Assembly: GCA_029555085.1 (NCBI GenBank)
Contig: JAKPTO010000026.1
Coordinates: 37,217 to 101,216 of the forward strand
DNA length: 64,000 bases
Direction: 5' to 3'
Source of the DNA: a bacterium
GTDB taxonomy: Bacteria; Patescibacteriota; Patescibacteriia; UBA1558; S5-K13
Position 1 is the first letter of the stretch, and every line of letters starts with the position of its first letter. The translations under genes and the position numbers were made by a program. Positions 10,193 through 20,356 of this stretch are shown piece after piece. A model generated the notes under the pieces. The model made no database searches. It saw only the letters and a program-made list of their open reading frames with translations, and was not told the DNA's origin.

Positions 10193-13072
10193 TTATTTTA
10201 AACTTATTTCAACTTCAAATTCATTTACCTTTACTTTTTTTTCAATAATTGGAGTATCAATTGATTCAAAAATAATATCTTTTGCTAAAACATCTTTCTT
10301 TAAAGATTGAATATTTTTCTTTATAGATTGAACAAAATTATTGTTCAATATTTTTAAACTAACTATAGCAGTATCTTTGATTGTCAAATTCGCTTGTTTT
10401 CTCAAGGCATTTATGTTTCTCACTAATTCTCGCAAATCTCCCTCGTTCTTTAATTCTTGTGTAATTTCAGTATTTAAATAAACCTCACCAATAGCTAAAT
10501 TTTTATCAAATTTGACCTCTTTTACATTTACTTCTTCTGATATTATATCTAAATACGCCTCTTGTAGTTCTCCGCCTTCTATATTATAAGAAGCAGAAGA
10601 AAGCACTTGCCTAACTTTTATTTGATTCTGGTCTCTCAAATTATGTAATTTCTCAACTATTTTACGAACCTTTTGCATTTCTGATAAAATTTTTAAATCG
10701 TCCTTGCTAAATTTATGTGTATCTCTCCAATTTAATAAATGCACGGATTCTTGATCTCCATAAACCTCTTTATAAATATGCTCCGCTGTGAAAGGAATAA
10801 ATGGAGAAATTGAAACAGCAAATTCCCTAAGAACAAAATTCAAAATTTTTGGAGCGAACTTGTCTTGGTTTTTAAATCTATCTCTCGATCTTCTTATGTA
10901 CCAAGTTGATAATTCCAAAATAAAATCTGAAATATGATCAATACATTTTTTAATATCATAAACCTCCAAACTTTCTGTAATATTATTTTGCAATTGCTTT
11001 ATTTCTAAAATAATCCATTTATCTAATAAATTGTCGCTTTCAATAAACTCTAAATCTGATTCGCTTTTATACATATTATAAAAAGATAAAATATTTGCTA
11101 ATGTTATAAAATATCTTCCATATATACTAGATAAATCTTTTTCAGAAAAACACAAATCGCCAGATTTTACAGCCTGAGATCCCAACAAATAAAAACGCAA
11201 TACATCAGCAGAATATTTCTGTATTATTTCAGTGGGCTCTGGATAATTTTTTAATCTTTTAGACATTTTCTTCCCGTCTTCTGCCAATACCATCCCATTT
11301 ACAACAACATTTTTAAATGCTGGTTTTTTGAATAATGCTGTCGCAAGCACCATAAGTGTATAAAACCAGCCCCTTGTTTGATCCTGACCCTCAGCTATAA
11401 AATCTGCTGGAAAATTTTTATCAAACCATTCTTTATTCTCAAATGGGTAATGTATTCCAGCGTATGGCATAGATCCGGATTCAAACCAACAATCTAAAAC
11501 ATCTGGGATTCTTTTTATTTTTTTAGAACATTTTTTACAATCAATTTCTATATCATCAATAAAATGCTTATGCAAATCATCTATTTTTTTACCACTTGCT
11601 TGTTCTAATTCCTCTTTTGAACCAAATACTACAATTTCTCCACAATCACATTTCCAAACAGGAATTGGTGCTCCCCAATACCTTTGACGAGATATTGACC
11701 AATCTCTTGCCCCTTCTAACCATTTGCCAAATCTTCCATCTTTAAAAGATTCTGGAATCCAATTTGTTTGTTTATTTGCATGAATTAAGTCTTTTTTAAT
11801 TTTTGTAACTTCGACAAACCATGATTTAGTTGCATAATTTAAAAGTGGACTATCGCATCTCCAACAATGAGGATAACTATGTTCATATTTTTCTTTAGAA
11901 AAAGCCAAATTTTTTGAATCAAGAAATTTTAAAATTTCTACATCCACTTTTTGATGATTGTCTTTTGGTTTTACATATTGACCAGCAAAATCTTTTACAT
12001 CACTTGTAAACTTTCCTTGAGAATCAACATGTTGTATAAATGGAAGTTTCATCTCTTTTCCCAAATTCATATCATCTTCACCATATGCTGGCGCAATATG
12101 AACAATTCCAGTTCCATCTTCAATTGTTACGAAATCCGCATTATAAATTTTATAAATATTTTCTTTATTTTTTAAATTTTTATCCACAAAATAATCAAAT
12201 AATGGTTTGTATGATTTACCAACAAGTTCCGCGCCTTTAAACTCCTTTATAATAGAAGGATTTACAAATTGATCTTTAAATACTTCATATCTGTCTTTTG
12301 CCAAAATATAAACATCATCTCCTGAGCTAATTTTTAAATAATGAATATGTTTCCCAACTGCCAAGGCAACATTACCTGGCAATGTCCATGGAGTTGTTGT
12401 CCACGCCAACACAAAAGTATTTGGCGAATCAACAAGTTCAAACTTAGCAGTTACTGAAATATCTTTTATGTCTTTATATCCCTGAGCTACTTCAAAATTT
12501 GATAATGTGGTTCCACAATGAGGACAAATATGCATGGATTTATAACCCTCATATATAAGTCCCTTTTTCCATAGTTCTTTAAAAACCCACCAAACAGATT
12601 CCATGTAGTTTACATCCATTGTTTTATAATCATCTTGCATATCAACCCACCTACCAATCATTGGAATAAACTTTCTCCACTCCCCAGCGTATTTCATAAC
12701 ACTTTTTCTACAATATTCATTAAAATCATGAACAGAATACTTTTCTTCTATTTCTTTTTTACCATTTAATCCCAATTCTGATTCAACTTCATTTTCAACT
12801 GGAAGTCCGTGACAATCCCAACCCCATTTTCTCCTAACATAATATCCCTGCATTGTTTTAAATCTAGGAATTACATCTTTTATAATAGACGCAACTATAT
12901 GACCATAATGAGGCAACCCATTTGCAAATGGCGGACCATCGTAAAAAGAAAAATCACCTTTTGTAGATTTTTTCAAAGATTTTTCGAAAATTTTATTTTC
13001 TTCCCAAAAATTTAAAATATCACGCTCTTTTTCGTATAAAGTAGATATTTTCTGATTATTATTTTTTTCCAT
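10193..13072 (-). CDS. ileS: Isoleucine--tRNA ligase
   Basis: HIGH motif (PHYGH), KMSKS motif (KMSKR) and the class I editing-domain region. Confidence 0.95.
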   Translation of the reverse strand: MEKNNNQKISTLYEKERDILNFWEENKIFEKSLKKSTKGDFSFYDGPPFANGLPHYGHIVASIIKDVIPRFKTMQGYYVRRKWGWDCHGLPVENEVESELGLNGKKEIEEKYSVHDFNEYCRKSVMKYAGEWRKFIPMIGRWVDMQDDYKTMDVNYMESVWWVFKELWKKGLIYEGYKSMHICPHCGTTLSNFEVAQGYKDIKDISVTAKFELVDSPNTFVLAWTTTPWTLPGNVALAVGKHIHYLKISSGDDVYILAKDRYEVFKDQFVNPSIIKEFKGAELVGKSYKPLFDYFVDKNLKNKENIYKIYNADFVTIEDGTGIVHIAPAYGEDDMNLGKEMKLPFIQHVDSQGKFTSDVKDFAGQYVKPKDNHQKVDVEILKFLDSKNLAFSKEKYEHSYPHCWRCDSPLLNYATKSWFVEVTKIKKDLIHANKQTNWIPESFKDGRFGKWLEGARDWSISRQRYWGAPIPVWKCDCGEIVVFGSKEELEQASGKKIDDLHKHFIDDIEIDCKKCSKKIKRIPDVLDCWFESGSMPYAGIHYPFENKEWFDKNFPADFIAEGQDQTRGWFYTLMVLATALFKKPAFKNVVVNGMVLAEDGKKMSKRLKNYPEPTEIIQKYSADVLRFYLLGSQAVKSGDLCFSEKDLSSIYGRYFITLANILSFYNMYKSESDLEFIESDNLLDKWIILEIKQLQNNITESLEVYDIKKCIDHISDFILELSTWYIRRSRDRFKNQDKFAPKILNFVLREFAVSISPFIPFTAEHIYKEVYGDQESVHLLNWRDTHKFSKDDLKILSEMQKVRKIVEKLHNLRDQNQIKVRQVLSSASYNIEGGELQEAYLDIISEEVNVKEVKFDKNLAIGEVYLNTEITQELKNEGDLRELVRNINALRKQANLTIKDTAIVSLKILNNNFVQSIKKNIQSLKKDVLAKDIIFESIDTPIIEKKVKVNEFEVEISLK

Positions 13073-13303
13073 ATATTTTTATTCTATTCTAATAAAAAAT
13101 TAAATTTATACTTGTTTAATTTAACAACAAAATCACAATAAATCAAGACTAAAAAAACAACATTTTTATTAACTCCAGCGCTTTATTTTTTTTATTATGA
13201 CGACTTTTTCTGATAACTTTTGACTTATTATTTGTTTCAAAACCAAAACTTGATGATATTATTGTTTTTTTTCTTTTTGATTTCATAATATTTTAATTAA
13301 AAA

Positions 13304-13531
13304 TTATTGTTTATTTTTCAAATATGATTTTATTTCGGCAATTGTAAAACGTTTATTGGTTTGGAGCCGTTCTATTTCTTTTATTGTTTTTAATGCTTTA
13401 CTTTTTTCATATAAACGATACCCGCCTCTTGTAAAAGAATCGGGTTTTAATAAACCCTCCTTGGTATAAAAATGTATTGCCGATGGCAATCTATTTATAT
13501 GAGACGCGAGTTCTCCAATTTTTAGTAACAT
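13304..13531 (-). CDS. MerR-family HTH transcriptional regulator (short)
   Basis: IGELASHINRLPSAIHFYTKEGLL...GYRLY, a MerR N-terminal HTH. Confidence 0.6.
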   Translation of the reverse strand: MLLKIGELASHINRLPSAIHFYTKEGLLKPDSFTRGGYRLYEKSKALKTIKEIERLQTNKRFTIAEIKSYLKNKQ

Positions 13532-13727
13532 TGTTATTTATTATTTTCATTAAGGTAGAATTAATCTTTGCTCTGCTCTACTACAATTATATATTAAAAA
13601 ATTAAAAGTGTAAAGTATGTATTATCACTTTATACTTTATGGTTATAAAAATAAAAAAACTTCTAAATTAAAAGTTAAAAATAAAAAAATCTCCCTATTG
13701 AGCTAGGGAGATTTTGAAAAGCTAGTA

Positions 13728-14207
13728 TTATTTGTTTTGCTCTGCGATATACTGATTAATTGCTGTTACTACTTTTCCGTCTGTCTTTAATTCTTCTATA
13801 AAAATAACATGAGCTTTATTTATAGACATTTCATCTTTTGGTCCATGTAATTCATTTCCTAATTTTACTAAAGATAGTCCTTGTTGTTGCTGTGTTGAAT
13901 CAGCTGGTTGTAATGCTGTTGTTACTTGTAAGTAGTATATATTCCTTAAAGTAACTTCTTCGTTGGTATTTTTTACAACATTGCCAAAGTAAACCTGACC
14001 GTTTGATAAAAATACTGCTTGCCATTTACCATTAGATCCATCTTTATCAATACCTAGAATATTAAATTTTGTAAATCTAGATACTCCATAAAGACATACT
14101 AGTATAACAGCAATAACAATTACTACTGTCATTATCCATCTAAAAATGGATTTCTTTTCTACTGGTTCTGTTACTTTTGTTGTAACATTTTCCGTTTTTT
14201 TGTCCAT
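13728..14207 (-). CDS. Hypothetical membrane-anchored protein
   Basis: ORF with a single N-terminal TM helix after a short polar leader. Confidence 0.4.
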   Translation of the reverse strand: MDKKTENVTTKVTEPVEKKSIFRWIMTVVIVIAVILVCLYGVSRFTKFNILGIDKDGSNGKWQAVFLSNGQVYFGNVVKNTNEEVTLRNIYYLQVTTALQPADSTQQQQGLSLVKLGNELHGPKDEMSINKAHVIFIEELKTDGKVVTAINQYIAEQNK

Positions 14208-14350
14208 ATTTTTGACCTTTCTTTATGATTATATTTAATTATTTTATAGAGATATTATAACACCTTTAAATAATTTTTTAAAGATGCTTTAACTACTATA
14301 TTTTTGGCTTATTTAAGCCATTTTATATATAAAATAATGTATAAATAAAT

Positions 14351-14773
14351 TTATTTGGTTTTTTCTACATACAAAGGAGCCACTCCTATTATCTTATCTG
14401 TGCTTGGTCTATATAAAATTACTTTCATGGATTTTGTATATATAAGCAAATTATCGCCATTTTCTGCATTCTCAAAAAAAGGATAATCTTTTAATTTTTC
14501 TTCATTTAAAACATTTGCAACCTGAGGAATTTCATCAGATGGCAATTCTATTAATCTTGAAACTCGTTTTATTATTTTTTCTGATCGTCCTCTATCTCCC
14601 ATATTTAGTTTGTAAGAATTTGATTTGATTTTTTTGTAAACAACTACAACGCCAAAACATATTCCAACAATTAAAATAATTATAATTATTATTTTAAATA
14701 ATTTTTTAAAATTAAAACTTTTCTTCTTTTTCTTTGAAAGTATTCTTAGATCTAGAACTCTATTTTTACTCAT
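14351..14773 (-). CDS. Hypothetical membrane-anchored protein
   Basis: Lys-rich leader and a single TM segment, similar in architecture to the neighbouring ORF. Confidence 0.4.
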   Translation of the reverse strand: MSKNRVLDLRILSKKKKKSFNFKKLFKIIIIIILIVGICFGVVVVYKKIKSNSYKLNMGDRGRSEKIIKRVSRLIELPSDEIPQVANVLNEEKLKDYPFFENAENGDNLLIYTKSMKVILYRPSTDKIIGVAPLYVEKTK

Positions 14774-14812
14774 GATGTTTATTTTCTAATTGGATTAGAT
14801 GTTTAATATAAT

Positions 14813-17800
14813 TTATTCTTCTATTGTCTCTATTGTGACTTCTGTTTCTGTTATTGTTGTTTCTGTTGTTTCCTCTGCCGAAGTTTCCTGTTCTGTGGTT
14901 GTATCTGTTTGAGTTGTGTCTATTGAGGTTTCCGTGGTTTGATTACCTGATGAGATATCATCCTCTATTGTAGTTTCTGTTGTGTCTTCTATTGGAGTTT
15001 CTTGTTCTGTGGTTGTTTCTGTTTGAGTTGTGTCTATTGAGGTTTCTGTGGTTTGATTACCTGATGAGATATTGTCCTCTGTTGTTGTTTCTGTTGTGTC
15101 TTCTATTGGAGTTTCTTCTATTAAACCCTGCTCTGTTGAAGATGAAATCAATTCTGATGTTCCATCGCTACTAAATATCATTCCCTTGTATGCTCCGAAT
15201 GAATGCCAGTCAAATATCACATCAGTTTCTTGAGTATTTTCTATCTTTATCACAAAACCATTCTTTGTAACTTCGTCTATATAATAACCGCCATTGATTA
15301 ATGCGCGTGGAGAAATCGTTATAACTGGATCATTTCTATATTCATGCTCAAACATGACTGCTGTACTTGTTGCGCCTGTTAAAATCTTTGCTTGACCAAC
15401 CGTATCACGACCTAAATCAACTAATCCCTCAACTTGCAATGCGCCAGACAATACCAAATCTTCTAATGCGTCAAGCGACATTCCAAATTGCGCTCTAATT
15501 TCATTAATTTGTTGCTGTTGTTCTTGTATTGCTGAAACCATTACTGGCGTAAATGATTCATAGTCAATTGATTTGTTTCCACTTTCATCAATATTTAAAA
15601 GTTCTGGCGCAATTTCTTCTACTTGAGTTGTTATAAATCCTAATTTATTAATTTGTGTTTCATTTTCTATCCATACGAAATTTACTGCTTCAATGTCTGT
15701 TAATTTATTAAGCGAAATTATTCCATCTAATTGATCTATTGTTGCATTTTCTACAATTTGTTCTGAAGATGGGACAGAATTATTTAATTGATTTCTTAAA
15801 TTAGTAATTTCATTATTCAATGAATCAAATCTTTGTTCTATGTTATATGAATCTATAATGCTTTGTATTTCTGAAATATTTTCATCTTTTGCTTCTAAGA
15901 CCTTAGTTGTCACCTCTTTTTCAATTTCATTCACTGTTACACTCTTATTGTTTCTTGAAATTAATACATTTATAGTTCCAAAATCTCCACTAAATGATTC
16001 AAGCGCAACTCCGACTGTTGAGTCGCCCTGATTTGCTTTCATTAAATATCCTTGTCTTGATGCACTTGTCAAAGAATCACCCGGATTAATATCTCCATTT
16101 TCATTTGAGACAAATGCTGGAATCTGACCTAAAAGCGCTACTAATTTATAATTTGGATTATTTTTGTATTCTTCTTTTGAATTTCCTATAAATCCAGGCT
16201 TGGTTGAAATAATTCCAATAATATTTGAATCACTTGATGTGGCGCACCTTGATATAGCATTGTTATTTGCAAAGTCAATACATACAACCTCTCCTGATGA
16301 AATATTTGTATTATTAGTATAAAAATATTCTGCATAGTCAGCTGCTGGTGTGTCATAACCAGTATCAGCTAAAACTAAGCCATCGGAGCTAACCGTAAAG
16401 ACATTATCCCCTTCCGAATTCTGCAAAACAAATCCCAATACTTTTTCCTTTCCAAGATTTTTTATCGTGGTTCGACCAATATAATCTACTGAAAAAAGAG
16501 TTTCTTCGTATTCCACCCTACTTTGTATCTCAAATAAATTAGCGGAAGGGTGAGCTGATGTATTTACTACTTTTAACACCGGAACATGCCCCAAGTCACT
16601 AACTATTGTAGCTGATTTAATTAATTCTATAGGTACATCCGCGATTATTTTAGATTGCGATAGTGTTAAAGGGGAAACATTATTGGTTTCATCTCTAAAT
16701 TCTAATGTCCCATATGCATATGAAGAAGAATGTGGTCTTATTGCCCAAGTAGATGTTCCTACGTGAATTTCTTCTGCCCAAAGATCAGTCCATCTATAAT
16801 CTGATGAACCAAGAGTATAGGTTAAATTTGACTCAGGAACAATATCTCGCATAGTTGATGTTCCTGTTACATTGAGTGTTCCAGCACCTGTATTTATTAC
16901 TAAATCTGTTCCGTTCCATAAAATATTTGCATCTTGATCTTCTCCGAGATAGAGAGCAGCATTATCTTCGTCTATATAAACATTACCTGTAGCAAAAGCT
17001 CGAAAATTAGCAAGATCTGCACGTGAATGACCTAACCATATCTTAGACGACGGTTGAGTGGCAAAAAAACTAGAGAGAGTATATATAAGACCATTAACTC
17101 TAAGAGCGCTACCAAAATATGAATGACCTTTTACATCTAAAGTTCCTTCTACATATAAATCATTATCATCAAGTTCAAGGGTACTAACTCCGCTATTTGA
17201 TATTGCATTATATGGTAACGCGCTTACTCCACCTATATTAAATACATTATTATTAGCAAATACTATATGACCACCTGTAGTATTTATTGTTAAATCTCCT
17301 GAAGAATCAGTTCCAAATGTTGTTGAAGTTGCAGAATTGTATCCTAGTGTCAATTGTGGTGAAGTTGAGTTTACTACATGAAGCGCGGATGACGGCGCTG
17401 TAATACCGATACCGACATTACCACCATTAAAATATGATGCACCCCTAGAATGCAGTAAAATAGTCGAGTCATTAGATGAATTTCTCATGGTAAGGGATGT
17501 ATTAGATCCGCTACGCAACAAAACTCCTCCTGAACTAGGCACAATATTTAACTGGCCAGACGCTCTAATTTCCTGATTTCCAGATGATGGGAAAAATGAT
17601 ATAGATCTAGTTTTAGTAGAATCATAAAAATAAACATCTCCAGTAACATCTAGAGTTGCTTGCGGATCATTTGTCCCAATTCCGACCCTTCCTGAATTAT
17701 AATAAATACCATTACCATATGCGTTTGGGGTCCACCGGGATGACACAATTGGCGATCCGTTTATAGAAAATCCGGCTGCATCTACTATTCCAGTTGAAGC

Positions 17801-20356
17801 AGTGATAGTTGCACGACCGCCGACTGATAAGTTATTCGTTAGTGTAGTGGCACCGTTTAAAGTTATAGTATCGTCACTATTTGCATATAAAATTCTTCCC
17901 CAATCACCATCACTGGCTCCATATTTTACAAACGCAGTTCCTCCACCCACGCCATAAGAACCCATTGGTGCGGTATAACCAGCAGCAAGATGTTCATCTG
18001 ATATAACAATATTCATTTCTCCTCCATAACCATCTACAACAAAACTTGCTATTGTATTAACATTACTATCAACTACTGTTAGCGCATACTGTGGTGTTGT
18101 GGTACCGATTCCGACGTTGCCTGATCCGACATTAACTGCTATGTTATTATAATGCATTATATCGTTGTAACCGCTAATATCTACAGCCTCATAAACTACC
18201 ATTGGTGCATCTCCCGCTAAATCATATATACCAAACTCATCGTTGCTAAACATTCCACCATTACCAATATAAAAACCTCCTTTGCTATAATCGCCACTTT
18301 CAAAACTAGCAATCATATCTGTACTTGAAACATGTAAACCGCTCAGAGGATCTGTCGTCCCTATCCCAACATTTCCTGAGTTATAGTAAATATCAGATCC
18401 ATTTGTAATCCACTGAGATGATACAATTGGCGAGCCATTTATAGAAAATCCGGCTGCATCTACTATTCCGGTTGAAGCGGTGATAGTTGCGCGACCGCCG
18501 ACTGATAGATCGCCTATAAACGAAGAAGCGCCTGATTGTAATATTTTTAATACTGTACCACCATAATAATAAGCATTCTCACTAGTATCATACACGGCTA
18601 TATAAGTATCATCACCCTTATTAATTAAACCTATTTCATCAGTTATGGCGCCAGAAACCAATGCTACTGGACCATATAAACCATTAGCAATTATCTCTGA
18701 TCCAAAATCAGCAATTCCCGTTAAAGCAGTAATAGTTACCTTGCCTCCTATTGATATATCTCCGGTAAAATTAGCTCCTGATAAAAGTGCATAAGAAGTT
18801 GAAGCAGCAGTCCACACAGGATCTAATTCTGTAATTAAACTTCCAAGTGGTGAACCATTCCAATAAAGATCTCCACCTAGATTATATAATGTATCTACTG
18901 TTACAGCTGGAGTTGAAGATGCGATATTCAAACCATTATTTGTTACTACTAATCCCATTGCGGTTGTTGTTGCAAACGAAGAACTTCCAGTTACTATTAA
19001 ACTAGCAGATGAATATAAATCTGATGATAAATTTACAGGACCGTCAAAAGTATTTATTCCCGTCCATGTATTATTATCAGATAAAGACACCCCTCCCCCA
19101 TTTTGAACTATCGTAGTTCCACCACCAATAAAATTATATACGCCCCCAGTAAAAGACCCGTCCTCCCCTTTATCTCCTTTGTCTCCTTTTTCGCCAGTAT
19201 CTCCTTTTGGTCCAGCATCTCCCTTGTCTCCTTTTTCACCTTTTACCAAAATTGTTTTTTGGATAACCTGCGTATCACCATTTGCTGTATGATAATTTTG
19301 AATTATTTGGGGTTGAACTTTGTCGGTAGCCCCGAGATAAATATTTTTTATCTCCTGCGTTTCAGCTGCATCTCTTATAAATCGAACAACGCTATCCCTA
19401 AGAACTAAATTTATTGATAAAACTTTATTCGCAAATTTTTTTGATATATTCTCAGAATAATCTCTATATTTATTTAAAGAAACAAGAGAATTAATTATTT
19501 TCTGTAAAAATGTTAGCTTAGATGAAATATTGACAGACACCTCGCTTGCGCCAAGTACTCTATGAGATGGGTTATTTTCTGTATAATAATTATCTTTTTT
19601 ATTTAAAAACGCTCTTGGGTTAAAATATGAAATCCTATCAACAACAGAATGAGCTAATTCTTTATAATTATTTTTATAGCGTTTTAATAAATTAAAATTA
19701 TTAAGTTGTGAATTTCTTAAAAATTTACCAAAATTTGTTAATTTATTTTTTATGTTTGAAAATTGATATTTGTAAGCATTGGAAAATTTCTCAGAAGAAA
19801 GTGATAAAATTCTTTCTACTTTATTTTGATTTTCTCCATAAGTACCGAGAGCAGAAGGAATAAAAAATCTCATTGTCAAAATTAATAAAAAACTTATAGC
19901 TAAAAAATTTGCCAATCCAATTAATTGATTCGGAGAATGTGGTTTTGGGGATCTAAACTTTGAAGATTTTAAATTAGAATATTTTTTAGACTTATCAAAT
20001 TTAAAAAATGTAAAAACTGACAATAAAAAATTTCTAAAAATGTTTACTATATGATAAAAAGTTTTTTTAAATTTTTCTTTATTAAAAAAATGAATTTCTG
20101 CTAAAAGTATGTCTGGTAAATTTGGTTTTCTATTAAGTGAAACATCTTCATACTGAATTTGAAAATTCATCTCACTATTCTTCTCTTCATACTCTTTCAA
20201 GTAGCTTTTTTTCGTAAACCATATTCCATCAATTTTCTCTGCTTTTAATTTTCCCTGCCTCGCGCGAAGAGATAAATATTCTTGTGAATATGAACAATAC
20301 TTTGTCGCCTGTGACAAAGTAATGTATGGTTCTATTTGTTGATTTTGTTCGTCCAT
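14813..20356 (-). CDS. Giant surface protein (1847 aa) with an N-terminal excisionase-type HTH, TM anchor, collagen-like Gly-X-Y repeats, duplicated tail-fibre-like modules, a peptidase-S74-like intramolecular chaperone domain and acidic T/E-rich C-terminal repeats
   Basis: ITLSQATKYCSYSQEYLSLRARQGKLKAEKIDGIWFTKKSYLKEY is HTH_17-like. GEKGDKGDAGPKGDTGEKGDKGDKGEDG is collagen-like. LSVGGRATITASTGIVDAAGFSINGSPIVSS occurs twice. GFITTQVEEIAPELLNIDESGNKSIDYESFTPVMVSAIQEQQQQINEI is S74-chaperone-like. Confidence 0.6.
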   Translation of the reverse strand: MDEQNQQIEPYITLSQATKYCSYSQEYLSLRARQGKLKAEKIDGIWFTKKSYLKEYEEKNSEMNFQIQYEDVSLNRKPNLPDILLAEIHFFNKEKFKKTFYHIVNIFRNFLLSVFTFFKFDKSKKYSNLKSSKFRSPKPHSPNQLIGLANFLAISFLLILTMRFFIPSALGTYGENQNKVERILSLSSEKFSNAYKYQFSNIKNKLTNFGKFLRNSQLNNFNLLKRYKNNYKELAHSVVDRISYFNPRAFLNKKDNYYTENNPSHRVLGASEVSVNISSKLTFLQKIINSLVSLNKYRDYSENISKKFANKVLSINLVLRDSVVRFIRDAAETQEIKNIYLGATDKVQPQIIQNYHTANGDTQVIQKTILVKGEKGDKGDAGPKGDTGEKGDKGDKGEDGSFTGGVYNFIGGGTTIVQNGGGVSLSDNNTWTGINTFDGPVNLSSDLYSSASLIVTGSSSFATTTAMGLVVTNNGLNIASSTPAVTVDTLYNLGGDLYWNGSPLGSLITELDPVWTAASTSYALLSGANFTGDISIGGKVTITALTGIADFGSEIIANGLYGPVALVSGAITDEIGLINKGDDTYIAVYDTSENAYYYGGTVLKILQSGASSFIGDLSVGGRATITASTGIVDAAGFSINGSPIVSSQWITNGSDIYYNSGNVGIGTTDPLSGLHVSSTDMIASFESGDYSKGGFYIGNGGMFSNDEFGIYDLAGDAPMVVYEAVDISGYNDIMHYNNIAVNVGSGNVGIGTTTPQYALTVVDSNVNTIASFVVDGYGGEMNIVISDEHLAAGYTAPMGSYGVGGGTAFVKYGASDGDWGRILYANSDDTITLNGATTLTNNLSVGGRATITASTGIVDAAGFSINGSPIVSSRWTPNAYGNGIYYNSGRVGIGTNDPQATLDVTGDVYFYDSTKTRSISFFPSSGNQEIRASGQLNIVPSSGGVLLRSGSNTSLTMRNSSNDSTILLHSRGASYFNGGNVGIGITAPSSALHVVNSTSPQLTLGYNSATSTTFGTDSSGDLTINTTGGHIVFANNNVFNIGGVSALPYNAISNSGVSTLELDDNDLYVEGTLDVKGHSYFGSALRVNGLIYTLSSFFATQPSSKIWLGHSRADLANFRAFATGNVYIDEDNAALYLGEDQDANILWNGTDLVINTGAGTLNVTGTSTMRDIVPESNLTYTLGSSDYRWTDLWAEEIHVGTSTWAIRPHSSSYAYGTLEFRDETNNVSPLTLSQSKIIADVPIELIKSATIVSDLGHVPVLKVVNTSAHPSANLFEIQSRVEYEETLFSVDYIGRTTIKNLGKEKVLGFVLQNSEGDNVFTVSSDGLVLADTGYDTPAADYAEYFYTNNTNISSGEVVCIDFANNNAISRCATSSDSNIIGIISTKPGFIGNSKEEYKNNPNYKLVALLGQIPAFVSNENGDINPGDSLTSASRQGYLMKANQGDSTVGVALESFSGDFGTINVLISRNNKSVTVNEIEKEVTTKVLEAKDENISEIQSIIDSYNIEQRFDSLNNEITNLRNQLNNSVPSSEQIVENATIDQLDGIISLNKLTDIEAVNFVWIENETQINKLGFITTQVEEIAPELLNIDESGNKSIDYESFTPVMVSAIQEQQQQINEIRAQFGMSLDALEDLVLSGALQVEGLVDLGRDTVGQAKILTGATSTAVMFEHEYRNDPVITISPRALINGGYYIDEVTKNGFVIKIENTQETDVIFDWHSFGAYKGMIFSSDGTSELISSSTEQGLIEETPIEDTTETTTEDNISSGNQTTETSIDTTQTETTTEQETPIEDTTETTIEDDISSGNQTTETSIDTTQTDTTTEQETSAEETTETTITETEVTIETIEE
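14816..15130 (-). repeat. In-frame tandem repeat of about 114 nt (38-aa unit ETPIEDTTETT.EDNISSGNQTTETSIDTTQT.TTTEQ, about 2.6 copies) encoding the C-terminus of the giant protein
   Basis: Near-identical consecutive nucleotide blocks are visible in the sequence and in the translated C-terminus. Confidence 0.8.
17600..18580 (-). repeat. Two tandem ~680-nt modules inside the giant gene, with a near-identical core of more than 60 nt
   Basis: gatgacacaattggcgatccgtttatagaaaatccggctgcatctactattccagttgaagcagtgatagttgcacgaccgccgactgata at about 17741-17830 recurs at about 18420-18510. The offset is 679 nt. Confidence 0.75.

Noticed and set aside
13100-13300. Possible T-box or leader element upstream of ileS, and a 45-codon basic mini-ORF (MKSKRKKTIISSSFGFETNNK…)
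   Set aside because: No specifier-loop or T-box consensus (AGGGUGGNACCGCG) was seen. The mini-ORF has no recognisable homology; left unannotated.
14816-15130. Regular ~114-nt direct repeats that could be mistaken for a CRISPR array
   Set aside because: The repeats are contiguous with no distinct spacers. They are in-frame inside a long ORF and encode a Thr/Glu-rich peptide repeat. No cas genes are nearby.
19140-19260. Short periodic GGn/ccttt repeats that look CRISPR-like or microsatellite-like
   Set aside because: They encode the collagen-like G-X-Y run (GEKGDKGDAGPKGDTGEKGDKGDKGEDG) of the giant protein; the periodicity is codon-level.
14813-20356. Prophage region, suggested by the tail-fibre-like modules, S74 chaperone domain and collagen repeats
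   Set aside because: No capsid, terminase, portal, integrase or other phage genes flank it. The neighbours are ileS, a MerR-like gene, small membrane proteins and smpB. A cellular giant surface protein with phage-derived domains is more likely.
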